This document shows, piece by piece, positions 1-8,722 of a stretch of 64,000 bases of DNA. Below the pieces are notes generated by a model. That model did no database searches. It was not told the DNA's origin and saw nothing but the letters and a program-made list of their open reading frames with translations. A program made the position numbers and the translations under genes. Numbering within the stretch: the stretch's first letter is position 1; the number at the start of each line of letters is the position of its first letter. This DNA is from an uncultured Bacilli bacterium. Its GTDB lineage: Bacteria; Bacillota_I; Bacilli_A; RFN20; CAG-826. Location: assembly GCA_963722445.1 (NCBI GenBank), contig CAVRMZ010000047.1, positions 1,162 through 65,161 of the forward strand. The letters run 5' to 3'.

Positions 1-378
1 TTGGCAATTTTATAGGTAGAAGCCGCCTCTTCGTTCCAGGTGTACATGAGTTTGAGAAGAGCGACCGTGAAAGACGAAGAAGAACCTAATCCTGTTCCTG
101 AAGGAATGTCGGCCATGGAGGTGATTTCGATTCCTTTGTTTCCAAAATCGGTTAAGACTTGACGGAAAATGCGATGCTTAATTTTTGCGGGGTCGTTTAC
201 GACTTCGGTCGTAGAATACTTAAGGGTAATCGAATCCTTATTGAAGGCTCCGTTAATCGCTAGATAAACATATTTCCTAATGGAAGTCGAAAGAACACAG
301 CCCCCGTATTTTTCATAGAAAGATGGAATATCGCTTCCGCCACCGCAGAAACTGACGCGGAAAGGAGCTCGAGAAATG
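1..378 (-). CDS. GHMP-family sugar kinase, 5' part (gene runs off window start)
   Basis: Reverse-strand translation from ATG (revcomp of 376-378) gives MIISRAPFRVSFCGGGSDIPSFYEKYGG...PSGTGLGSSSS. That matches the GHMP kinase N-terminus and ATP-binding motif (HddA/galactokinase-like). A GGAGGGG RBS lies upstream. The ORF has no stop inside the window. Confidence 0.55.
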
Positions 379-440
379 ATCATTTTAGTGCCCCTCCTTC
401 AACCTCAAAATGAGGTTAGTTTATTTTAACACGTGGCATA

Positions 441-2087
441 ATGGGATTCGTGATAAAATCATCTTCGGAGAAAATCATGGACGCTCTTGAACCGTTTATC
501 TTGACGATCGATTTCGGTACACAAAGCGTAAGAGTCGGAATCTTCGACAAAAAAGGAAACGAGGTTGTCATCGAAAAAGCGAAATACGATCCTCCTTATT
601 TTTCGACCTTGCCAAATTATGCTGAGCAAGATCCTAATATTTATTATCAATGCCTTTGCGATGCGACCAATAAGATAGTTAAAGAAAATCCCGAAGCTCT
701 TAAGCGGGTCAAGGGTATTACGTTGACGTGCTTTCGTGATAGTGCTGTGCTTTTGGACAAAGACAGAAACGTTGTTAGGCCAATGATTCTGTGGCTTGAT
801 CAACGAAACGCCGAATGCAAAAAACCGCTTCCTTGGTCCTCACGGTTTATTTTTAGAATCATTGGGATGTCGGACACGATTTCTTTTAATAGACGGAGAA
901 GCGTTTCAAACTGGATTATTGAAAACGAACCTGAAAACTGGGCGAAAGTGGACAAGTATGTTAATGTTTCAACCTATTTTATTTTTAGGCTGACGGGGCA
1001 GTTAAAAGATAGTTCCTCAAGCATGGCGGGGCACTATCCCATTGATTTTGCAAAACGGCAGTGGGACACCAACCCTGAGAAAGACATCAAAGGACAGATC
1101 TTCTCACTTAAAAAGAGCATGCTTGCCGAAATCGTCCCCGAAGGATCTGAGATCGGTGTCATAACGTCTAAGGCGGCCGCCGAGACAGGCCTCCCAGAAG
1201 GGCTAGTTCTTTATGCTTGTGGATCCGATAAATCCTGTGAAACTTTAGGCTTGGGCGTCATTGATGATCGAACGGCCGCTATTTCTTATGGGACGGCTTC
1301 GACGGTGGAAACCACAAGAACGCATTACACCGAATCCGAAAATTTTTTGCCGGGATATCCTTCTTGCATTCCTGGATATTACAACATGGATATCCAAATT
1401 TATCGTGGCTATTGGATGATTAACTGGTTCCTTAAAGAATTTGGAGGACGCCAGGTTAACGATATTATCATTACGGACGTTGATGCGGCCGATTTTAACG
1501 CGAAGTTATCTCAGGTCCCACCCGGATGCGATGGACTCGTCCTCCAGCCTTATTGGGGGCCAGGTCTTTCACGCCCGCTTTCAAAAGGCGCTATTATCGG
1601 TTTTAGCGATTCTATCACTCAAGAGCATTTCTACCGCGCAATCATTGAAGGAATTGCCTATGCCCTTAGAGAGGGACTAGAGCATTTCGAAGTGAAGATT
1701 CATCACAAGATACCCGAAATTCGGATTTCGGGTGGTGGTTCTCAATCGGATGCCATTTGTCAAATTACAGCCGATATTTTTGGACGCCCCGTTACCAGAG
1801 TCCAAACTTACGAAACCTCAAGTCTTGGAGCGGCCATTTCTGGTTTTTTAGCCATAGGAGAGTATAAAACTCCAGAGGAAGCCATCTCTGCCATGGTCAG
1901 GGTCAAAGACACCTTCAAACCCCTCAATGAAAACTGCAAAAAATACGATTACCTTTACAACAACGCCTATGAAAAAATGTATCCGGCTTTAAAGGGAATC
2001 TACAAATCAATCAAAGATTTCAACAAAGAGCAGGAAAAAGAGATTCGGCGGAAGAAACTCACTGAATTATTGTCGCGCAAAAAATGA
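441..2087 (+). CDS. FGGY-family carbohydrate kinase (xylulokinase/glycerol kinase-like)
   Basis: 548 aa with N-terminal LTIDFGTQSVRVGIFD (FGGY N-domain) and a C-terminal FGGY domain. Substrate specificity cannot be read from the sequence. Confidence 0.7.
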   Translation: MGFVIKSSSEKIMDALEPFILTIDFGTQSVRVGIFDKKGNEVVIEKAKYDPPYFSTLPNYAEQDPNIYYQCLCDATNKIVKENPEALKRVKGITLTCFRDSAVLLDKDRNVVRPMILWLDQRNAECKKPLPWSSRFIFRIIGMSDTISFNRRRSVSNWIIENEPENWAKVDKYVNVSTYFIFRLTGQLKDSSSSMAGHYPIDFAKRQWDTNPEKDIKGQIFSLKKSMLAEIVPEGSEIGVITSKAAAETGLPEGLVLYACGSDKSCETLGLGVIDDRTAAISYGTASTVETTRTHYTESENFLPGYPSCIPGYYNMDIQIYRGYWMINWFLKEFGGRQVNDIIITDVDAADFNAKLSQVPPGCDGLVLQPYWGPGLSRPLSKGAIIGFSDSITQEHFYRAIIEGIAYALREGLEHFEVKIHHKIPEIRISGGGSQSDAICQITADIFGRPVTRVQTYETSSLGAAISGFLAIGEYKTPEEAISAMVRVKDTFKPLNENCKKYDYLYNNAYEKMYPALKGIYKSIKDFNKEQEKEIRRKKLTELLSRKK

Positions 2088-2129
2088 ATAGAATGGTTCT
2101 TTGATACTATTCTTCTTGGTAGTAAGCCA

Positions 2130-3953
2130 TTAGTCTGTAGGAACAGAACTATCTCTTCCAAGAAACTGTGAATTGTAGAGATCGGCGTAGAAGCCGTTCT
2201 TTGCTAATAGTTCTTGATGCGTTCCCATTTCGACAATAGAGCCTTTGTTCATGACGAGAATCATCTTTGCGTTCTTGATGGTGGACAAGCGATGGGCGAT
2301 AACAAAAGAAGTGCGGTTGACCATGACGTTATCCATGGCCTCTTGGATGGCTTGCTCGGTTCTCGTATCAACTGAAGAAGTGGCCTCGTCCAAAATCATG
2401 ATTTTGGGTTTGGAGCAAATCGCGCGGGCAATGGTAATAAGTTGTCGCTGCCCTTGTGAAATGTTGTTTCCGTCTTCGCTAAGGACGAAGTCGTAACCAT
2501 TGGGAAGCGTTTCGATAAAGTGGTCAACGCGCGCTATTTTGGCTGCTGCCTCAACGTCTGAATCCGTCGCTTGGTTGTTCCCATAGCGGATGTTTTCACG
2601 GATCGTTCCATTGAAAAGCCACGTATCTTGAAGAACCATTCCCACGGAACCCCGAAGTGTTTTGCGGGAATATTCACGGATATCATGCCCATCAAGGATA
2701 ATTGATCCTTTGTTAACTTCGTAGAAGCGCATGATCAGATTCACGAGGGTAGTTTTGCCTGCTCCGGTCGGCCCAACAATAGCGACCGTCTCACCTTGCT
2801 TGACCGAGAGATTCATATCTTCGATTAAAGGCTTGTCGGGCGCATAAGAAAAATAAACGTGATCAAAAACGAAATTGCCCTTAATAAGACTGCTGTCATT
2901 GAGGCAATTGCCGGGATCGGCGTTTTCTTCCGGGGCGTCTAAAAGGTTATAGACGCGTTCGGAAGAAGCCACAACGGACTGGAAAGTCGAAGAGATTTGG
3001 CCAATCATCTGCAACGGTTGCGAGATGATGTTTAGGAACATGATAAAAGCCACAAGCGTTCCTATGTTCGTTCCGGCCTCATTAACGTAAATCAAACCTG
3101 ATGCAATGGAAATAGCGACGAAAACAACAAGATCGATAAAACGCATCATGGGCCAAATAAAGCCGGAAATCCATTGCGCCTTGCGATCGGCTTCTGTCAT
3201 TTTTTCGTTAGTGGAGTCGAAGCGTTCTTGGGCCTTTTTTTCCTGGTTGAAAACCTTCAAAAGTTTATAACCGTTATAGGCTTCTTCAATTTGCCCCTCA
3301 AGAGCACCATATTGAGTTCGATAGATTTTGAATTGCTTCTGGCTTTGCTTCCCAATGAGCGCCACGGCCGCTCCCATAATAGGTAAAGAAGCTAGAAGAA
3401 TCAGTGATAGCTGCCAAGAACAGATGAACATTGCAATGATGGTGCCAACTAACATGACAACCGCTTGATACGATTGTGAGGCGATGGCATAAGCGTTCTT
3501 GCCTATGTTATCGATATCATTGGTTCCCTTGCTTAGAATGTCACCGTAGTTTTGGGAATCGAAATAAGAAAGGGGCATCCGATCAAGTTTTCGCTTTACG
3601 GTATTGCCAAGACGACGGGCATAGTCGTAAGCAACTTTATCCCCAATGAATTCGCCTAACCAACTGGCGACGTTGCTAGCGGCAATCAAAAGGAAAAGAA
3701 AAACGAAATACAAAATTAGAATTGACCATTTAATCGAATAAACAGGCCCGGAATCATCAATGAAACTTTTGTAATTATTAATGACGCCGCCCAAAACGAC
3801 TGGCTCGATGACGTAGAAAACGGAGTAAATGGTTAAAAGAAAAACGATAAAAGCAAGAAGGGGCCATTTTGGGGCGAAATCAGCGACAAACCTTTTTAAG
3901 GTCCTCTTGGTATCTTTTGGTTTTTGAAATGTTGGATTATTTTGTTCAGCCAT
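2130..3953 (-). CDS. ABC exporter subunit (TMD-NBD fusion, canonical catalytic site), heterodimer partner of 3955..5796
   Basis: Walker A GPTGAGKTT, signature LSQGQRQLITIARA, Walker B ILDEATSSVD, with an N-terminal 6-TM domain. The start is moved to the internal Met (MAEQNN...) one nt past the upstream gene's stop; the track ORF extends to 4025. Confidence 0.8.
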   Translation of the reverse strand: MAEQNNPTFQKPKDTKRTLKRFVADFAPKWPLLAFIVFLLTIYSVFYVIEPVVLGGVINNYKSFIDDSGPVYSIKWSILILYFVFLFLLIAASNVASWLGEFIGDKVAYDYARRLGNTVKRKLDRMPLSYFDSQNYGDILSKGTNDIDNIGKNAYAIASQSYQAVVMLVGTIIAMFICSWQLSLILLASLPIMGAAVALIGKQSQKQFKIYRTQYGALEGQIEEAYNGYKLLKVFNQEKKAQERFDSTNEKMTEADRKAQWISGFIWPMMRFIDLVVFVAISIASGLIYVNEAGTNIGTLVAFIMFLNIISQPLQMIGQISSTFQSVVASSERVYNLLDAPEENADPGNCLNDSSLIKGNFVFDHVYFSYAPDKPLIEDMNLSVKQGETVAIVGPTGAGKTTLVNLIMRFYEVNKGSIILDGHDIREYSRKTLRGSVGMVLQDTWLFNGTIRENIRYGNNQATDSDVEAAAKIARVDHFIETLPNGYDFVLSEDGNNISQGQRQLITIARAICSKPKIMILDEATSSVDTRTEQAIQEAMDNVMVNRTSFVIAHRLSTIKNAKMILVMNKGSIVEMGTHQELLAKNGFYADLYNSQFLGRDSSVPTD

Positions 3954-3954
3954 A

Positions 3955-5796
3955 TTAATGAGCCTCTTCTGATGAAAGAGCCATGGTTTTGGTAATTTCG
4001 TCTTTATCGAGTTGCGAGGAAACAATCTCGCGGTAAACGTCGCAGGTCTTTAGAAGCTCTTCATGGGTGCCCTCTCCAACCATTTTTCCTTCGTCAAGAA
4101 CGATTATGTCATCGGCCTCGATAATCGTGGAAACCCTTTGGGCCACGATGATAATCGTGCTGTCGGTAGTATAAGAGTGAAGAGCCTTCCGAAGGTTAAG
4201 ATCCGTTTTGAAATCCAGAGCGCTGAAGGAATCATCGAAAATATATATTTCTGGTTTTTTGACAAGAGCCCGGGCAATGCTAAGACGCTGTTTTTGGCCG
4301 CCTGAGAAGTTCTTTCCATCTTGTTCGACGAGAGCATCAAGGCCTTTATCCAAAGTGGAGGTAAACTCAGTAGCCTGGGCTACATTCAAAGCTTTGTTTA
4401 TTTCCTCATCGGTAGCGTTTGTTTTTCCAAAAGAGATGTTGTCTCTTATGGTTCCGGAGAAAAGCTGAGCCGTTTGTGGGACATAGCCAAGTTTGGCCCT
4501 AAGATCCTGAGTTTTGTATTCTCGAGAATCAATCCCATCGACAAGAACACTTCCCTCGGTTACGTCATAAAATCTCGGAATGAGATTGATAATAGTGGAT
4601 TTTCCACTTCCGGTTGAACCGATGATGGCTGTAGTCTTTCCGGGTTTGGCCACAAAAGAAATATGACTTAGCGTTGCTGCCGAAGCTCCGGGGAAAGCGA
4701 AAGAAACGTCTTTAAATTCTACAACCCCCGTATTCTCTTTAGGGATAACAGGATGGAGCGGCTCCTTGATCGAATTTTCTGATTCCAAGACCTCATTGAT
4801 GCGCTTGGCACAAGCCTGGCCTCTTGGGACGAGAATGAGCAAGAACATAAACATAAGGAAAGACTGAATAATCTGCATGGCGTATTCTGCTCCGACGATT
4901 ATGTTCGTGAAATCGATGGCAACCGTTGAAGGTTGGCCTGAAATCAAAGTGAATCCGTAACAAAAAATAGCCAAATAAGTAAAATCGAAAATAATGGAAA
5001 TAATCGGAGATCCGAAACTCATGATTCGAGCCGTTTTAATGGAGATCTGCGTAACATCCGTATTGGCAGAGTTGAAGCGATCATACTCTTTGTCTTCTTG
5101 GTTGAAAGCTCGAATAACCCTGACACCCTTAAGCGACTCTCTAAGAACTGAAGTAAGTTTGTCGATTGCGGTTTGGATGCGCTTAAAAAGAGGACTGGCA
5201 AGAATCAAAAGGACGACTGCAGTCAGAATAATAAAGGGGATGGTGCAGGCGACAAGAAGAGCCAAGGTAGCATCTCTGTAAAAAATCATTACTATCGCAA
5301 TTATAAAAGAAACAGGAGAACTGATTAAAATCCTCAAACCAAAAGTCAAAACGTTTTGAGTTTGTTCAATGTCGTTGGTTGTTCTCGTTATGAGAGAAGC
5401 CGTTCCAAACTCATAGTACTCCCCAACTGACATCGAAACTGTTTTTTGGAAAACGTCATGGCGAAGATTCCGCGCATAAGTGGCCCCAACGAAACTGTTG
5501 ATGATTGAAGAACCAAAAGCACAGATCAAAAAAAGCACGGCCAGCGTCATCATGATTCCGCCGATGATCCAGGTGTCAGTGAGGTGATTTCCGGTCGGAG
5601 TAATAAAATACATGCCAGCAAACGAAACAAGCCCCCCCATCTTGGAAGTGTAAGTTGTGGGATTTTCCATAATCGTTGTTATATTTCCCATAAAGTTTGG
5701 AATCGCGAGCGCAAAAAAAGACTCCAATCCCATTAAAAGGACAGCAATCAGAACTTCCCACCAAATAGGTTTTAGATATTTTAGCAGTTTAAGCAC
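3955..5796 (-). CDS. ABC exporter subunit (TMD-NBD fusion, degenerate Walker B)
   Basis: Walker A GSTGSGKST, signature FSGGQKQRLSIARA. Walker B is IFDDSFSALD, with Asp in place of the catalytic Glu, as in the degenerate subunit of LmrCD/TM287-288-type heterodimers. Confidence 0.8.
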   Translation of the reverse strand: MLKLLKYLKPIWWEVLIAVLLMGLESFFALAIPNFMGNITTIMENPTTYTSKMGGLVSFAGMYFITPTGNHLTDTWIIGGIMMTLAVLFLICAFGSSIINSFVGATYARNLRHDVFQKTVSMSVGEYYEFGTASLITRTTNDIEQTQNVLTFGLRILISSPVSFIIAIVMIFYRDATLALLVACTIPFIILTAVVLLILASPLFKRIQTAIDKLTSVLRESLKGVRVIRAFNQEDKEYDRFNSANTDVTQISIKTARIMSFGSPIISIIFDFTYLAIFCYGFTLISGQPSTVAIDFTNIIVGAEYAMQIIQSFLMFMFLLILVPRGQACAKRINEVLESENSIKEPLHPVIPKENTGVVEFKDVSFAFPGASAATLSHISFVAKPGKTTAIIGSTGSGKSTIINLIPRFYDVTEGSVLVDGIDSREYKTQDLRAKLGYVPQTAQLFSGTIRDNISFGKTNATDEEINKALNVAQATEFTSTLDKGLDALVEQDGKNFSGGQKQRLSIARALVKKPEIYIFDDSFSALDFKTDLNLRKALHSYTTDSTIIIVAQRVSTIIEADDIIVLDEGKMVGEGTHEELLKTCDVYREIVSSQLDKDEITKTMALSSEEAH

Positions 5797-5885
5797 AAGC
5801 GTTATTCTACGATTAACAATTTATATGTCAACGAAACAAAACTTTTCTTTTTTGAAGAGGGCATCGAACGAAAAAAGAAACAAAC

Positions 5886-6527
5886 TCATTTTTGAAAAAT
5901 TCTGATGATCATTGAGCTAGAGACCGGTTTATATTTTTCGCTTCCTTCAAAAACGCGACGATAAGTTGCCCCATTGATGAAATCAGCGAAAACATCTGCT
6001 ATCTCTTGCGGATCGCCACTGACAATGGTTCCATCGGTTTGGCCTTGTTTAATTAGTTGAACCAAATAAGGGAAAGGATCTTCTCCTAAGAGAGCCTCGT
6101 TATACGAGGTGGTGGTATAGCGACGGATGGTGCTTAACCGAGAGAAATAAACCGCATCGTCCGGAGCGTTGATAAATTTTTCGCAAAAATCACAGATGAT
6201 CTGAATACCTTTAATGCCGCCTGCGGCCAAAGCTTCGTCTTTAGGAATCAGATAATTTTTGTATTTATCGTTCTTCAATTCGATAAGGGCATTAAAAACG
6301 TCTTCTTTGCTTTTGAAATAGTGATAAAAAAGGCCATGCGAACAATTACAAGCAACCGTAATATCGTCGATGGTAACGGAATCGAAGCCATTAATCGCGA
6401 ACAACTTAAGGGTCCTTTCCAGGATTTTAGTTTTTCGCTTGTCTCGGATCGATTCGTTCTGCTCGGTGGTTCTTGGCATGTTTTTTGCCCCATAAGGTGT
6501 GCGAATACTAGGATAATGCTTTAACAA
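5886..6527 (-). CDS. TetR/AcrR-family transcriptional regulator
   Basis: 213 aa with an N-terminal TetR HTH (…FAINGFDSVTIDDITVACNCSHGLFYHYFKSKEDVF…). It sits directly upstream of, and co-oriented with, the ABC exporter pair. Confidence 0.75.
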   Translation of the reverse strand: MLKHYPSIRTPYGAKNMPRTTEQNESIRDKRKTKILERTLKLFAINGFDSVTIDDITVACNCSHGLFYHYFKSKEDVFNALIELKNDKYKNYLIPKDEALAAGGIKGIQIICDFCEKFINAPDDAVYFSRLSTIRRYTTTSYNEALLGEDPFPYLVQLIKQGQTDGTIVSGDPQEIADVFADFINGATYRRVFEGSEKYKPVSSSMIIRIFQK

Positions 6528-6571
6528 AACCTGTCAATAAAATATTAGTCAATTAAAGAAGAAAAAAGACA

Positions 6572-7537
6572 CTATCTGTTCGGTAAATCCTTAGTTTTTT
6601 CTTGTTCAATGTTTGTTTGCGTTTTCTTTCTTGATTTCTTTGAAAGGACAAAAAATCCAACCGCGACCAAAACAAAGAGAAGAGGGCCTACGATTAATTC
6701 CCAGAGCTGAATGTTGGAATAAAGCCAAGTTTCGGTATCGCTTGAATAAACTGACTGGTTGATGAAAGTTGAAATGAAGGAGCCAATCAAAAACCCCAAC
6801 ACAATGAAAAGAGTACCAGTTCGATGCTTTTCTAGAAGCGATTTCATGAGTTTGCTCGCTGCCACAAAACCCATAAGAATTCCGGCAATTAAAACGAGGG
6901 AAAAAAAGATTCCTGGCAAAATACGTTCGTGATTGTGAAACATAGAATTATTACCGACATACAAGGAGACAATCGGATCATAAAAGCCAAATATATAAAG
7001 AATCAAAGCCCCTGAAAGCCCAGGAAGAATACAAGCTGCAGCAGCTAAAAATCCCGCAAAAAATATCGCGGGGTAAATCCACCAAGTATTGATCACGAAA
7101 TAGTTTCCGATGTCGAATCCTAAATAAAGCTTGCTTATTAACGATAGAACGCCGATTCCAGCCGTTAGGATGAAACCACACATGACTAATAAAGCGGTTT
7201 TTGCAGAGATATCGTTTTTCTTAAGGCCTTTCGTTACGATGGGAACAGTGCCAATGATAAAGCCAGCGAAAATGCAGTTTATTGTGAAATGGGCATAACG
7301 ATAGCCATAGCTAACCCCGACCATGACTGCAATGGCCGAAATCACAGCTCCGATAAAATACGGGAAAAGAATTCCCACGTTTTCTTTGAAATGTTTCCTA
7401 ATATTGGCAATAGCTTCAATCAAAACATCATAAATTCCGACGGCTAGGGCAACCATTCCGGCACTGACCCCTGGAATCATGCCAAGTCCAAGAGACATTC
7501 CCTTTGCCGCTCTTTCGAGCCAGCGCTTTATCTTCAT
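6572..7537 (-). CDS. Polytopic membrane protein, DUF368/PopT-like (putative polyprenyl-phosphate transporter)
   Basis: The motif IPGVSAGMVALAVGIYDVLI resembles the DUF368 IPGxSGGT…GIY signature. The protein has multiple TM helices. The assignment is from memory of the family. Confidence 0.4.
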   Translation of the reverse strand: MKIKRWLERAAKGMSLGLGMIPGVSAGMVALAVGIYDVLIEAIANIRKHFKENVGILFPYFIGAVISAIAVMVGVSYGYRYAHFTINCIFAGFIIGTVPIVTKGLKKNDISAKTALLVMCGFILTAGIGVLSLISKLYLGFDIGNYFVINTWWIYPAIFFAGFLAAAACILPGLSGALILYIFGFYDPIVSLYVGNNSMFHNHERILPGIFFSLVLIAGILMGFVAASKLMKSLLEKHRTGTLFIVLGFLIGSFISTFINQSVYSSDTETWLYSNIQLWELIVGPLLFVLVAVGFFVLSKKSRKKTQTNIEQEKTKDLPNR

Positions 7538-7599
7538 GGTAGATATTCTATTCTCGTGGATTCCTTTTATCTATAAAAGGGTGGTAAACTCTTCCTGCC

Positions 7600-8136
7600 A
7601 TGAAAACACTAGTACTTTATAAATCAAAAACCGGCAACACCAAAGCCTATGCCGAGGACATCGCCAAGAAAATTGGCGGAGACGTAGCGCCGTTGAAAAA
7701 TTTCAAAAAACAGAATCTCGAAAATTACGATACCATTGTTTTTGGCGGCTGGGTTTTAGGCGGAACAATTCAAGGACTGAATAAATTCCTTCAACGTTAC
7801 GACGAAATTAAAAGCAAAAACATTATTGTTTTCGCCGTCGGACTCTCTGTTCCTTCCCAAGACGGAAGAACAATTTTGATCGAACAAAACCTTTTGGATA
7901 TGTATCATATTCGCTTCTATCAATTGAGAGGCTCGTTTGATATGAAAAAATTGCACTTTCCTTATAATTTCATGATAAAGAGCTCTATCAAGATGATGGC
8001 TTCGGATCCTAACGCTACCGCTGACGTGGAATCGTTAAAGGATCTTAAAGACCACCCTATCGACGTTTACGATTCGGACAAAATTCAAAAAATTATAATT
8101 GTCATTAATTCCCTTTCGGTTATTGAGGCAAAGTAA
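7600..8136 (+). CDS. Flavodoxin-like fold protein
   Basis: N-terminal LVLYKSKTGNTKAYAEDIA matches the flavodoxin signature ([LIV]x[FY]xSxxGNT). Confidence 0.5.
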   Translation: MKTLVLYKSKTGNTKAYAEDIAKKIGGDVAPLKNFKKQNLENYDTIVFGGWVLGGTIQGLNKFLQRYDEIKSKNIIVFAVGLSVPSQDGRTILIEQNLLDMYHIRFYQLRGSFDMKKLHFPYNFMIKSSIKMMASDPNATADVESLKDLKDHPIDVYDSDKIQKIIIVINSLSVIEAK

Positions 8137-8137
8137 A

Positions 8138-8722
8138 ATGAAGTTGTTCGTTGGTTTGGGGAATCCGGGCAACGATTATGTCGGAACCCGGCATAACATG
8201 GGTTTTATTTCCATCGAGAAGTTCGCCGACTTGGCAGGTGGCGTTTTTGACAAAGGCGGGTTTAAGGGTCTCTATGGCTTAATCAAAAACCCTAATTTTA
8301 TGGAGCCTATCATTGTTTTGAAACCTCAAACGTTTATGAATTTATCTGGGACTTCCGTGCGCCCCGCCGCAGATTATTTCAAAATACCAGTTGGAGATGT
8401 TGTGGTCGTCTATGATGATATGGCCCTGCCTGAGGGAACGATTCGCCTTCGCGAAAACGGAACTTCGGGTGGCCATAAAGGCATGCAAAGCATCATTGAT
8501 CAGTTCGGAACCGACGCCATTAAAAGAATTAGAGTCGGAATTGGCGAGCCGCCCCACAAAGCCGCGATTGATTATGTTTTGGGGAAACCAAAAGGAGACG
8601 ACCTGGCTCTTATTGAGGAATCGACCGACAACGCTGCAAAAGCCCTGCGTGACATCGAAATAAAAGGTTTTGCTTATGCGATGAGCACCTATAATGGCAG
8701 CCATCTGAAAGAGTCACTTTGA
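8138..8722 (+). CDS. pth: Peptidyl-tRNA hydrolase
   Basis: MKLFVGLGNPG…GTRHNMGF is the canonical Pth N-terminus. The start is moved to the internal ATG (track ORF begins 8099). The next gene is mfd, as in Bacillus. Confidence 0.85.
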   Translation: MKLFVGLGNPGNDYVGTRHNMGFISIEKFADLAGGVFDKGGFKGLYGLIKNPNFMEPIIVLKPQTFMNLSGTSVRPAADYFKIPVGDVVVVYDDMALPEGTIRLRENGTSGGHKGMQSIIDQFGTDAIKRIRVGIGEPPHKAAIDYVLGKPKGDDLALIEESTDNAAKALRDIEIKGFAYAMSTYNGSHLKESL

